Shown: piece by piece, positions 40,284 through 50,603 of the stretch
Layout: each line of letters opens with the position of its first letter
Position numbering within the stretch: position 1 is the stretch's first letter
Assembly: GCA_019058365.1 (NCBI GenBank)
Contig: JAHPZE010000001.1
Span: forward strand, 224,001 to 288,000
Length of the DNA: 64,000 nucleotides
DNA from: Promethearchaeota archaeon
Lineage (GTDB): Archaea > Asgardarchaeota > Lokiarchaeia > Sigyniarchaeales > SOKP01
Reading direction: 5' to 3'
Notes under the pieces: generated by a model
What the model was told of the DNA's origin: nothing
The model's input: the letters and a program-made list of their open reading frames with translations, nothing else
Database searches by the model: none
Program-made: the position numbers and the translations under genes

Positions 40284-41678
40284 GTGAAGATAATCGTTTT
40301 AAACGGAAGTCCTAAGGGGATTGAAAGCGCTACAATGCAATATATTCTATACATTCAGAAAAAGTTTCCTCAACATGAGTTTAAAATCTTAAATATTGCT
40401 CAGCAAATTAAAAAACTCGAAAAAAGTGATGAAAAATTCCAAGAAATTATAGAGGAAGTGAAGAATTCGGATGGTATTATTTGGGGCTTCCCTTTATATG
40501 TGATGCTCGTTCCATCTCAATATAAAAGATTTATTGAACTAGTTGCGGAAAGAAATAATGAAGATGCTTTTAAAGATAAATATACTGCTGTTTTAACCAC
40601 ATCAATTCATTTCTATGATCATACTGCTATAAATTATATGAATGCTATTTGTGATGATTTGGAAATGAAATATGTTGGATCTTTTTCTGCAGACATGTTT
40701 GATCTTATGATTCCAAAAAAGAGAGAGCAATTAATTTTATTTGTTGAAAATCTATTTAACGCGATTGAAAATAAGATTCCCACAACCCGAAAGAATTTAC
40801 CCCTAATTAAACACCCCTTTGAATATGTACCGGAAAAACTTGAAAAAGAAGAAGAAAAAATAGATACAAATGGAAAAAAAATACTTATTATAACAGATTC
40901 TGTAGATAGAAGCTCTAATTTAGGGAAAATGATCCAACGTTTTCAAAGTTGTTTTTCTACGATAGTTGAGGTAATAAATATCTATGATCTAAATATAAAA
41001 GGTGGCTGTTTAGGATGTATTCAATGTGGATATGATAATATTTGTGTTTATAAAGATAAGGATGAGTTTACAGAATTTTGGAGTGTGACATTAGAATCTG
41101 CGGATATTTTAGTTTTTGCGGGAAACATAGTAGACAGATATTTATCATCAAGATGGAAAATGGTTTTTGACAGAAGTTTTTTCAATGGTCATATTCCTAC
41201 ATTAAGGGAAAAACAATTCGGTTTTCTTATATCTGGACCATTAGGTCAAATTGCTAATTTAAGACAAATCATCGAATCAATTCCTGAACTTGAAGAAAGC
41301 AACTTTGTAGACATTATAACTGATGAGTACGCAGATTCAAAGATTATAGATTCATTAATTTATAATTTAGCTAAAAATTTAATCATGCTTTCCCAATCTG
41401 GTTATAAAAAACCACAAACATTCCTTTCAGTAGGAGGAAATAAAATATTCAGAGATGCTGTATATGGTAGAATGAGGTTTGTGTTCCAAGCTGATCATAG
41501 ATATTATAAAGAACATGGATTTTATGATTTTCCACATAATGATAAATATGCAAAAAAAATGAATGAAAAATTCATCCCTTTAACTCAAAATGAGAAATTT
41601 AGAAAGATTTTTTATTCTGTGTTAAAAACTGAAATGATCAAACCTTTAAAAAGTATTGTTGACAATCCAGATAAATAA
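40284..41678 (+). CDS. Two-domain flavodoxin-fold NAD(P)H:FMN reductase / iron-sulfur flavoprotein
   Basis: LNGSPKG, FPLY; second domain with GCLGCIQCGYDNIC. Confidence 0.85.
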   Translation: MKIIVLNGSPKGIESATMQYILYIQKKFPQHEFKILNIAQQIKKLEKSDEKFQEIIEEVKNSDGIIWGFPLYVMLVPSQYKRFIELVAERNNEDAFKDKYTAVLTTSIHFYDHTAINYMNAICDDLEMKYVGSFSADMFDLMIPKKREQLILFVENLFNAIENKIPTTRKNLPLIKHPFEYVPEKLEKEEEKIDTNGKKILIITDSVDRSSNLGKMIQRFQSCFSTIVEVINIYDLNIKGGCLGCIQCGYDNICVYKDKDEFTEFWSVTLESADILVFAGNIVDRYLSSRWKMVFDRSFFNGHIPTLREKQFGFLISGPLGQIANLRQIIESIPELEESNFVDIITDEYADSKIIDSLIYNLAKNLIMLSQSGYKKPQTFLSVGGNKIFRDAVYGRMRFVFQADHRYYKEHGFYDFPHNDKYAKKMNEKFIPLTQNEKFRKIFYSVLKTEMIKPLKSIVDNPDK

Positions 41679-41696
41679 ATAGTTATCTTTAGATTT

Positions 41697-42431
41697 ATGG
41701 ACTTATTGAATAATAATTTTGAAGAAATCAAAAGAGCCAAAGACCCAGAATTAATAAATGATTTCTTAATAAAGTTAAGCGAAGATCCGAATATAGATTA
41801 TCTAAAGTTTTTAGAATACTTCATGAATAATTTAGATACGCAGATCTTTGATAAAGTTAAATTAAATTTGATTTTTTTATTAGGAGAAATTGGAAAATTA
41901 ACAACACTAGAAGAGAGATATTTAACTTTTTTAATAGAGATTTATTACTCATCAGATAGATGGATTAGAAATGAGATAATTCAAGCAATCGGTAAAATTT
42001 CTACAAATTCAGATATAACTGATGAAGCAATAAAATTAGTCAGTAATGCTGTAAATGATGACTATTCTCCTATTAAAGTTAATGTTCTTCAAGTGATGTT
42101 AAATTTAAGAGAACTCTCTCCTGGAGGGAGAAGAAATATATTTCAGGCATTAAATTTTAACGATTCTGAGTTAGAAGCTGTTTGTGTAAAAATTTTAGAA
42201 AAATTTCTTCCAGATTATAATCAATTGTTTAATTCTTTGAATTATTTAGATAATTACAAAATTTTAAAACAAAATGCCATTAGAACTTTACTATTGGTGT
42301 ATTTTAGATCTCCATTTAATTTAGAATCATTTCGGCAAAAGATTTCAAGCGCAAATTGGGAAATTGAGTATAAAGAGATCTTCCTTAAAGAAATAGATAT
42401 ATTTGAAAAAATTATCTTACGAAAATTATGA
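41697..42431 (+). CDS. HEAT-repeat protein
   Basis: Helical repeats: LIFLLGEIG, DRWIRNEIIQAIGKI, DDYSPIKVNVL. Confidence 0.7.
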   Translation: MDLLNNNFEEIKRAKDPELINDFLIKLSEDPNIDYLKFLEYFMNNLDTQIFDKVKLNLIFLLGEIGKLTTLEERYLTFLIEIYYSSDRWIRNEIIQAIGKISTNSDITDEAIKLVSNAVNDDYSPIKVNVLQVMLNLRELSPGGRRNIFQALNFNDSELEAVCVKILEKFLPDYNQLFNSLNYLDNYKILKQNAIRTLLLVYFRSPFNLESFRQKISSANWEIEYKEIFLKEIDIFEKIILRKL

Positions 42432-42441
42432 ATCGGTATAT

Positions 42442-43662
42442 TTATTGATATTTTTTAAGTATATCTTCTAAATCCTCATAAGATAATACAATTTCATTAA
42501 ATATCTTTATTAATAACTTTATTATTCCTCTAGGATTACCATTCGTTTTATTGTATATATATTTTAATACATTTTCATTTAGAGGATAATAAGAATTTGA
42601 AAAATCTCTCAAATAATCAAAATAATTGATATGTCCAAAAAAGAATTCTAAATTTCTTTTATAAAATAATGTAAGATCTTCTTCAATAAAATTAGATAAA
42701 ATAATAGGGGCACTTACTACATTTAGCAGTGTACTATCTTTTTCTTTTAATTTATCTATTATTTCTCTGTAAAATTCAGGTGATTTTAAAGTAATTATGA
42801 TTCTTAGACCATTAATTTTATTTAATTTGATGATTTTCTTTAAGATTTTATCAGCAGTACGTGTTTCTGGTGATTGCATAGCCCCATAAAGCCAACTTCT
42901 ATCAAAAACTTCTTCTTTTTGTTCTTCTAACGGTATTGGTATCATCATAGAAAGAATTTTCTCAAAATCATCAATAAATAGTACACTACTTACCATTGCA
43001 TTTTCAACTAATACTTTAAGCATTGTGTATGCATTATTCCTCTCTCTTAAATCATGCTGTAAATTTAACCTTGAAAGATCCCTTATATCTATCACTTCCC
43101 CCAAAAACCATCTCTCCGCTTCTATTTTTTTATATGGATCTAATTGATGTGTAGTTATAGCAGTTATTATATCCGTTATAGCTTCTTTGTTTTCAAAATT
43201 CGGAGCCCACTTTTCGAAAGCTTCTTTTTTAACTTTTTCTACATCTGCTAAATGAAAAAAGCCAAATTTTCTCTCTAAAGCACCCCATTTATTACATAGT
43301 CTTCTTGCAATGTTTCTTAACACTTCAATGCCCATATTTTCTATAAATTCTGAATACGTATTGTTATAAAATTTCTTAATAACATTTTCTAAAGAAATAT
43401 AGACGATATTATAATAATATAACTCATGTTTCAAAGCCCAGTATAAGTGTGTTTTACCTGTTCCTATATCACCTATTATTGGTAAGATTACATTTTCATC
43501 TTTTTCAAGTATATTTATTATAGAATCTAATAAATCTTGTCTTGATTGGACTAATCCAATGTCTTCTTTAATTTCTCCAGTAGATACGAATTTTTTAAAG
43601 GGTGATCCCGTAAATTTTAAGAGATTCAATAATTTTTGTTCCTTATTTTCGAAAAGAAGCAT
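42442..43662 (-). CDS. P-loop AAA+-like ATPase
   Basis: Walker A GDIGTGKTH, Walker B LFIDDFE, C-terminal YYPL...GNPR. Confidence 0.8.
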   Translation of the reverse strand: MLLFENKEQKLLNLLKFTGSPFKKFVSTGEIKEDIGLVQSRQDLLDSIINILEKDENVILPIIGDIGTGKTHLYWALKHELYYYNIVYISLENVIKKFYNNTYSEFIENMGIEVLRNIARRLCNKWGALERKFGFFHLADVEKVKKEAFEKWAPNFENKEAITDIITAITTHQLDPYKKIEAERWFLGEVIDIRDLSRLNLQHDLRERNNAYTMLKVLVENAMVSSVLFIDDFEKILSMMIPIPLEEQKEEVFDRSWLYGAMQSPETRTADKILKKIIKLNKINGLRIIITLKSPEFYREIIDKLKEKDSTLLNVVSAPIILSNFIEEDLTLFYKRNLEFFFGHINYFDYLRDFSNSYYPLNENVLKYIYNKTNGNPRGIIKLLIKIFNEIVLSYEDLEDILKKYQ

Positions 43663-43679
43663 TTCAAATCAGAATTATT

Positions 43680-44303
43680 TTAAATTTTTAATTCCTCTAT
43701 ACCTAAAATTATAATATACACAACGACTTTATCATCAACATTGACTATTGGTTCATAACTTATATTAAGTTCATCATCTTTATCCCTTCCAACAATTAGA
43801 CAATCATAAAAAACAGGGTTAACATTATCATCAATAACAACTCTATCAGCAACAATAATACCATTTCTAATCATTGAAACAGGATTTTTTAGAATTTCAC
43901 CTTTAAAAAAATTTAAATGATTAACACCAAAGTTAAGATCGTTTAATAATAGCCCAGCAGTATGAAGTAAATTTATTGTAAAGGGAAAATCATTTGAAAA
44001 TTGTCCTTGATCGTACTGTTCCATCGTATCTTCAGGAATTAAAACAGAATATTCTAATGGTATTTCATTTAAATTCCATTTGAAATCAGAATTTCTCGAA
44101 ATTGGATCGATGTTATTGCCCTTTTTTTCAAAACCAATAATTAAACCTTCAGTTATAATTATTCCTTCAGAATCTGAAATTTTTATATTATCTGAAAAGA
44201 TAATTTTATCTTGACATTTAGAAATAATAGAACCTGTAAATTCTCCATTACTTTTTATATCTTTAAATGAGTCATAAAGTATAAAATTGCGCGAATTTTT
44301 CAT
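43680..44303 (-). CDS. Hypothetical protein
   Basis: 207-aa ORF, beta-rich; 17-nt gap upstream of the ATPase. Confidence 0.7.
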   Translation of the reverse strand: MKNSRNFILYDSFKDIKSNGEFTGSIISKCQDKIIFSDNIKISDSEGIIITEGLIIGFEKKGNNIDPISRNSDFKWNLNEIPLEYSVLIPEDTMEQYDQGQFSNDFPFTINLLHTAGLLLNDLNFGVNHLNFFKGEILKNPVSMIRNGIIVADRVVIDDNVNPVFYDCLIVGRDKDDELNISYEPIVNVDDKVVVYIIILGIEELKI

Positions 44304-44438
44304 GGGAACTATTTTTTAATCAATTATTTTTACTCTTTTTATTTGAGTATTTCAATTTCATATCATTAATATTATATATATCTCCCTTCCATATATTTTT
44401 AGATAGAATATATAATATATCCAAGAAGAAAGTATAAA

Positions 44439-45683
44439 ATGAGTACTTCCATGCTTTCTCAAAATCTTTTAGCATTATCGAAGGTTGAATTGTTAGATAG
44501 AGCAAGTCAATTCATCTTTTCGACTGGTTTAAATGACGGAACCTCAAAATTATGTAAGGCAAATATGAAATATGGTTTAGCTCAATTCCATTTGATCCAA
44601 GAGAAGTATGGATTTGAGCCAAAAGCAACATTTATTTCTTCTCCAGATGAAACAATTTCACGCAATGAATTTAGGTGGAATTCTGGAATAGGATACGGAG
44701 GAAGATTAAATTGGGGTATTGGAAAAGAAAAATTAATTTTCTTGAATTCCAAACCAAACTGTTGTGGCATCTTAGTAGGTGGTTTGGAAGAATTGCCTGA
44801 TCCCTATAATTTAATTACAAAAATTGATAGAATAAAATCAGAACCGTTATATTATGATGATATTTTAATAGATTGGGATTACGGGATATCTAATCATTTT
44901 ATTAACTGTTTTGAAACAAAGAAATTATCAGATATAGATCTTCCCCCTTATATATTTTTAATTCATGGTTCAGCTCCAGAATTTAGAGATGATTACCATG
45001 GAATTGGACTTTATATAGATAAATCAAAAACATTACAGGATATTGCTATTGAAGAAAAAACCAAATTTGGGACACAATATATTTTATTGGATTCTGATGC
45101 TACTGAATACTTTAAATTCAGTAAAAAAGCTTTAGAATTTTCTGGTATAAAAAGAGAAATAATAGCTAATAATCTTTTTGATTATGGTTATAAAATTATT
45201 TGTAACCAACCGCATCAATTTTTAAAAGATTATAATAATATGTACTTAGGAAGTAATTGTACAGATGTTAGTTGTGAATTAATAAATTCAGATAAATTTC
45301 CAACAACTCTTAGAGCAGATATCGCAGCTTATTTATTTAAAGGAAAAAAGAATTTTTCAGAAATAACACTTAAAAATCAAAATCTCTTTGAAAGAGCAAC
45401 CGATTTTGAACTTTTAGAATTATTAACAAATGCTAATATTCTCCCACATGGAGGGGGATATTCCTTTAATGATGTTGAAGACGTTTTGGATATATTAGAA
45501 TATAAAGACCAACGATATTTTGTCACATCTTTAAAAACAAATACTAGTAGATTAAAAATAATTAGAAATGTAAGCGAATTGCAATTTGAATATAGGGGTC
45601 GGGATGTTGTACTTAAAACTATTCAATTAGATCTTGGAGAAATTATTGCTCGTTTAAATCCTTTGTTTTCCTTAAAATTATAA
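44439..45683 (+). CDS. Divergent RtcB-like RNA ligase fold protein
   Basis: Ordered motifs SPD, PNCCG, SNHF, LIHGS, PHQ, PHGGG match the RtcB order PD, NCG, GNHF, HTGS, HN, HGAGR. Confidence 0.65.
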   Translation: MSTSMLSQNLLALSKVELLDRASQFIFSTGLNDGTSKLCKANMKYGLAQFHLIQEKYGFEPKATFISSPDETISRNEFRWNSGIGYGGRLNWGIGKEKLIFLNSKPNCCGILVGGLEELPDPYNLITKIDRIKSEPLYYDDILIDWDYGISNHFINCFETKKLSDIDLPPYIFLIHGSAPEFRDDYHGIGLYIDKSKTLQDIAIEEKTKFGTQYILLDSDATEYFKFSKKALEFSGIKREIIANNLFDYGYKIICNQPHQFLKDYNNMYLGSNCTDVSCELINSDKFPTTLRADIAAYLFKGKKNFSEITLKNQNLFERATDFELLELLTNANILPHGGGYSFNDVEDVLDILEYKDQRYFVTSLKTNTSRLKIIRNVSELQFEYRGRDVVLKTIQLDLGEIIARLNPLFSLKL

Positions 45684-45684
45684 A

Positions 45685-47742
45685 TTATTCTATTCTTGCT
45701 CCAGGAGGAAGATCTCTATCTAGTATTAAGATTGATACTTTATCATTTTCAACAGCGGCAAGAAGCATTCCTTTACTTAAAATTCCTTTTAATTTCCTAG
45801 GTTCTAAATTAGTTAATACTACAATTTTTTTTCCTTGTAAGTCTTCGATTTTATAGTGTTCTGCTAACCCAGCAACTAAGGTTCTTTTTTCGGTTCCTAA
45901 ATCAATAGAAAGGTTATAGAGTTTATCTGCTTTCGGAACTTTTTCAACTTTTTCAACCAAAGCAACTCGAATATCTAATTTTTTAAACTCATCATAAGAA
46001 ATTATTTCTTTTTCACCTTCATTTGGTTTACCTTCTTTTAATTGTTCATATTTTTGTTTAATTTCCTCAATATCCAATTTTTGAAATAGAGGTTCTGGTT
46101 TCTTAATAAAATGTCCTGCTTTTAGAGAATTTTCACTTATACTATCCCATATTAGTTCTGATAATTTTGAGGTATTTAAATAAGATAAAATCTTTTCAGA
46201 TGTTCCTGGGATAAATGGGCTTAACAAAACAGCTAAAGCATATGATGCTTGAGCACATAAATTAAAAACATATCCTGCGGCTTTTTTATTTTTCTTAATT
46301 AAATGCCAAGGAGCTTTTTCATTTAAATACACATTACCGTCTCTTCCAAAGTTAACAATTTCTCTCAATGCTTTTCTTAATTCAAATTTTTCTAATAAAT
46401 CTCCTACTTTTTTTGATATCGAGGTTATTTTTAAAATAAAAGCTTTATCTACTTCATCAGGCTCAATTTTTTCTGGTATCTTATTATTAAATTGCTTATT
46501 AATAAAGGTCATAGAGCGATGAATAAAATTACCAATAACATCATTTAATATTTTATTATTATTATCAAACTCAGACCATAAGAATGATGCATCACTTTTT
46601 TCCATTCTGTTATAAACTAAACTAAAACGCCAATAATCTAAAGGAGCTAGTTCTAATGCTTCATCGATCCAAATACCAATTCCTCTTGATTTTGAAAATT
46701 TTTGATTTTCATACATTAACCATTCTGTTGATGATACATTGTAGGGTAATACAAGTTTTTCACTTTCTTTCTTGTTATCATTATAAGCCAATAACAATGC
46801 AGGGAATACAATTAAATGAAAAATGATATTATCTTTCCCGATGAAAAACACTGTTTTAGTGGTCGGATCGTTCCAAAAGTAATTAAATTTATCTGGATCA
46901 TTAATTAACTTTTCAGCCCATTCCTTTACAGCAGTAATATAACCCAATACAGCTTCAAACCACACATAAATGGTTTTATCTTCAGCATTCTCGAATGGTG
47001 CTGGAATCCCCCATTCTAAATCTCGTGTAATTGCACGTTCAGGTAATCCTTCAGCTATACTATTTAAACACATTTGTCGCGCGTTAGCAGGTATAATTTC
47101 ATTTTCTTCAATTAGGTTTTTTAATCTATCTTGTAATTTCGGTAGATCTAAATACCAATGTTTTGTCTTTTTAATTGTTGGAGTATGTCCACATACTGCA
47201 CATTTAGGTTTAATAAGGTCTAAAGGAGTTAATAATCTCTGACAATTATCACACTGATCTCCTCGTGCATCTTCAAAATTGCAATGGGGACATATTCCTT
47301 CCACGAACCTATCGGGTAGAAATAAGTCGTCCTGTTTACAATAAAGTGATTCAATCTCTTTTTCTAAGATATACCCATTTTTCTGTATATCTAAATACAT
47401 TTTCTTTACAAATTCAATATGAATAGGATTATGGGTTATTGTATAATTATCAAAAGAAATTTGCCATTTTTCATGTAAATCTTTAATAATATTATGATAT
47501 TTAAAGGCTAGTTCTTCAGCTGGGACGTTTAATTTTTTTGCTTCTATCGAAATAGGCGTTCCATGAGAATCTGATCCTGAAACAAACACTACTTCATCTC
47601 CTTTCATTCTCAAAAATCTAGCAAATACATCTGCTGATAATGTACTACCGATTAAATTCCCTAAATGTGGTATAGCATTCACATAAGGCCAAGCGGACGT
47701 AACAACCCATTTATTTTTATTTTTGGTTACTAATTTAATCAA
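45685..47742 (-). CDS. metG: Methionine--tRNA ligase with C-terminal tRNA-binding domain
   Basis: TSAWPYVN, HLGN, zinc knuckle, RAITRDLEWG, IYVWFEA, GKDNI.FH, KFSKSRG, C-terminal OB domain NLEPRKLKG. Confidence 0.97.
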   Translation of the reverse strand: MIKLVTKNKNKWVVTSAWPYVNAIPHLGNLIGSTLSADVFARFLRMKGDEVVFVSGSDSHGTPISIEAKKLNVPAEELAFKYHNIIKDLHEKWQISFDNYTITHNPIHIEFVKKMYLDIQKNGYILEKEIESLYCKQDDLFLPDRFVEGICPHCNFEDARGDQCDNCQRLLTPLDLIKPKCAVCGHTPTIKKTKHWYLDLPKLQDRLKNLIEENEIIPANARQMCLNSIAEGLPERAITRDLEWGIPAPFENAEDKTIYVWFEAVLGYITAVKEWAEKLINDPDKFNYFWNDPTTKTVFFIGKDNIIFHLIVFPALLLAYNDNKKESEKLVLPYNVSSTEWLMYENQKFSKSRGIGIWIDEALELAPLDYWRFSLVYNRMEKSDASFLWSEFDNNNKILNDVIGNFIHRSMTFINKQFNNKIPEKIEPDEVDKAFILKITSISKKVGDLLEKFELRKALREIVNFGRDGNVYLNEKAPWHLIKKNKKAAGYVFNLCAQASYALAVLLSPFIPGTSEKILSYLNTSKLSELIWDSISENSLKAGHFIKKPEPLFQKLDIEEIKQKYEQLKEGKPNEGEKEIISYDEFKKLDIRVALVEKVEKVPKADKLYNLSIDLGTEKRTLVAGLAEHYKIEDLQGKKIVVLTNLEPRKLKGILSKGMLLAAVENDKVSILILDRDLPPGARIE

Positions 47743-47820
47743 CCTCTTAATTCAAATTTATTAATAAAAAGAATGCTATGCTTAAATAATTTAAACAAAG
47801 TAAGAATAAATAATTAGCTA

Positions 47821-48999
47821 TTAAAAGATAATTTTAGCTCCACAATATCGACATGCTTTGATTTCTTTATTCATTTTTTGAAGACAAGGTTCATGGTAAT
47901 ACGCATTACAATTTTCACATTGGTATACTTTAAAATCTCCTAAAAAAATGCTATGACAATAGGAACATGATGCATTGATCTGATCAATTTTCTCATCAGG
48001 TATTAACATCATTTTTGTATCTAATTTTTCACCTTCTTCTATAATCTTTATTTCTTGCGTTAGATCTTCTTTATCTTTAATGAGTTTCAACGCTGCTGGC
48101 GATAGCTCCAAAAGGAGGAAACAGAAAGGACATCTGAAAACATTTTCACTATATTCTGTTTTTTTAGCCCACATAGCAGCACAAGATAGATGCATTGCTC
48201 GATCACAATTGGGGCAAAAGCGACCCTCACTGAAGAAATCAGCACCTGTAACTGCCGCTTTAACAGAATGACAGATTTGACACTTTTTTTGTCCACGATC
48301 TTTCCCCTCTATCATTAACCTAATATCTAATAAAGTTGGTCTTCTTAATGGTAGGGCAATCTCACTGACAAGAGGAGCAATAGTATCTTTTTTATCGGGG
48401 GAAAAATAATCTATGCCCTCTTTCACATCTTTTTTTGAAGCGAACGCTTTACCTGCAGAAATTAATTCTTTAGAATTGTTAAAATATTCATAATCTCCTC
48501 CAGTTTTTTGGGTTATTCTCTTTAAAGAATTTTCTCCATATTCTTGTTTACCTCCTAATTGACAAACGTCTATAAACACACCTAAACCCTTAGCAATTTC
48601 GATTATTTTTACTAATTTGTTAGTATCAGTATTTAATTTGTTATCAGTAATTATAAATATACGAGGTATTTTTCCACCAATTTTTCGCATTTCCTCAACA
48701 AGAATTTGTAAAGCGAATGCAACCCCTTCATGTAAATAACCCTGTCCCGAAATTTGAACTTTTTTTAATGATTCAATTAACTTTTCTTCTTCAAATGCAA
48801 AATTAATTAATTTTTTAGTGATATTCCCGAAAGTGATTATTGAAATTCGATCTTTTATATCAATTGATAATTTTGATTGAATGAAATTCTTGGCGGTTTG
48901 TAATTCAACTACTAATCTACTTGGTTTAAAATCTTTTCTCAACATAGACCTAGAAGTGTCTAAAAGAATAACTGTATCTTCTATTTTTAAATTAGGCAA
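47821..48999 (-). CDS. vWA domain plus two C4HC3 RING-like fingers (Ssl1/p44- or Rpn10-like vWA)
   Basis: LLDTSRSM...DFKPSRL; CQIC..CPNC..HLSC..W..CPFC; CSYC..CENC..HEPC..CRYC. Confidence 0.8.
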   Translation of the reverse strand: MPNLKIEDTVILLDTSRSMLRKDFKPSRLVVELQTAKNFIQSKLSIDIKDRISIITFGNITKKLINFAFEEEKLIESLKKVQISGQGYLHEGVAFALQILVEEMRKIGGKIPRIFIITDNKLNTDTNKLVKIIEIAKGLGVFIDVCQLGGKQEYGENSLKRITQKTGGDYEYFNNSKELISAGKAFASKKDVKEGIDYFSPDKKDTIAPLVSEIALPLRRPTLLDIRLMIEGKDRGQKKCQICHSVKAAVTGADFFSEGRFCPNCDRAMHLSCAAMWAKKTEYSENVFRCPFCFLLLELSPAALKLIKDKEDLTQEIKIIEEGEKLDTKMMLIPDEKIDQINASCSYCHSIFLGDFKVYQCENCNAYYHEPCLQKMNKEIKACRYCGAKIIF

Positions 49000-49086
49000 A
49001 TTTTTGGCATAATTTCTTGTTAATTGAAATTTAATAAAATAATAAGGGTTAAATCTTATAAATTTCTATTTAAGTTTTGAAAAATC

Positions 49087-50439
49087 TCAATTTGTTAAAA
49101 AGTTATATGCAAATAAAGTATACACTTTAATGGCATTAATAAAGTCTTTTATTTCAATATTTTCATTAATTGCATGGGCAAGTTGTCCATTCCCCGGTCC
49201 GAATAAAATTGTAGGTTGACAATAATTTGTGTTTCTGTAGAATTTTGCATCAGCACTCGCCGGCATTATAAAATAGAAAGGCTTTCTTTGATAAATTTTC
49301 TCTACAATCGAATAAAAATCCTTCAAAAAAGGTGAATTTCTCCAATCACTATAGAATGATGCTTCACCAGCTTCCTCTACCTCCAAATATACAAAAATTT
49401 CCTTAGGAAGTCCTGTGGGTTCATCTTTTACTTGATAACCTAATTTATTTATCAATTTTTTCAAACCATTTAACACTGTTTCGGTATTTTGTCCTGGTAA
49501 TAATCTAAAGTCAATCACTGCTTCGCATCGATCTGGAACAACGTTTGATTTGATACCTCCTTTAATCATAGTCAGGTTTTTAGTAAATTGACAATTTGCT
49601 TTTATAAGATTCTGAAGAATTGGTTGTTCACTTAGGATTTTCTCGAAAATCTCTTTATTTGGAAAAGCCATACTTATCAATTCTTTTAATTCTTCTTGGG
49701 TTAGTGGCGGCTTGATTTTTGGGATTATTTCATCTAATTCATCCAAATTTTGAATAATTTCATTCATCATATAAATCGCATTTTTTCCTATTGCGGGAAG
49801 AGATGCATGACCTGAAATTCCATTTGTTATTATTTTTATAGCTATACGTCCTTTTTCTCCAAGGATTAATCCCTTTGGTAATGGATCTAACCCCGTAGGT
49901 TCACCTATTATAATAAAATGTACCTTTTTCGATTTTAATATGTGGTCTAGACACCATTGAGTACCAACTCTACCACCAATTTCTTCATCAGCAACAGCAT
50001 TTAGAATTAAATTACCCGCATTACTGATATTTAACTTTTTTAAAATTTTCAAAGAGATAACCATAGCTGCTAATCCTCCTTTCATATCTGTTGCGCCCCT
50101 TCCATAAAGATATCTCTTTCTTTTGATCGTAGCAGATAATGGTGGATATTTCCATTCTTCTTCATTTCCTGGAGGTACTACATCCATATGTCCATTATAT
50201 AATAGATTTTTCCCATTAAAGTTATCATTTAAATAAGCTATTAAGTTAGCACGATTATCACCAAAAGGAAAAACTTCAGATGTTATATTAATATCTTTTA
50301 AATATTTATCAATAATTAAAGCTACATTTTTCTCATTTCCGGGGGGATTATAAGATTCGGCTTGAATTAATTCTTGGAAAAAAGAGATATACTCATCCTG
50401 GTTTTGTTCAATTTCATGTAAAATCCGATCTTCGCTCAT
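49087..50439 (-). CDS. M20 family metallopeptidase (ArgE/DapE-like)
   Basis: NGHMDVVP, GRGATDMKGG, ADEEIGG, GEPT, GHAS, FGPG...AHAINE. Confidence 0.92.
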   Translation of the reverse strand: MSEDRILHEIEQNQDEYISFFQELIQAESYNPPGNEKNVALIIDKYLKDINITSEVFPFGDNRANLIAYLNDNFNGKNLLYNGHMDVVPPGNEEEWKYPPLSATIKRKRYLYGRGATDMKGGLAAMVISLKILKKLNISNAGNLILNAVADEEIGGRVGTQWCLDHILKSKKVHFIIIGEPTGLDPLPKGLILGEKGRIAIKIITNGISGHASLPAIGKNAIYMMNEIIQNLDELDEIIPKIKPPLTQEELKELISMAFPNKEIFEKILSEQPILQNLIKANCQFTKNLTMIKGGIKSNVVPDRCEAVIDFRLLPGQNTETVLNGLKKLINKLGYQVKDEPTGLPKEIFVYLEVEEAGEASFYSDWRNSPFLKDFYSIVEKIYQRKPFYFIMPASADAKFYRNTNYCQPTILFGPGNGQLAHAINENIEIKDFINAIKVYTLFAYNFLTN

Positions 50440-50603
50440 ATCAAATTTCCTTTATATTATTATTTTTTATTGATATGAAGAAAGATAGGATTTTATAAAA
50501 TTTTGTTATATTGGCAATTTCCCTAATATCCATAAAAAAATTAGCAAATTTTAATACTTTTAAATTATTTTATTATCAAAAATTAGAGATTACGGTTATT
50601 CTA

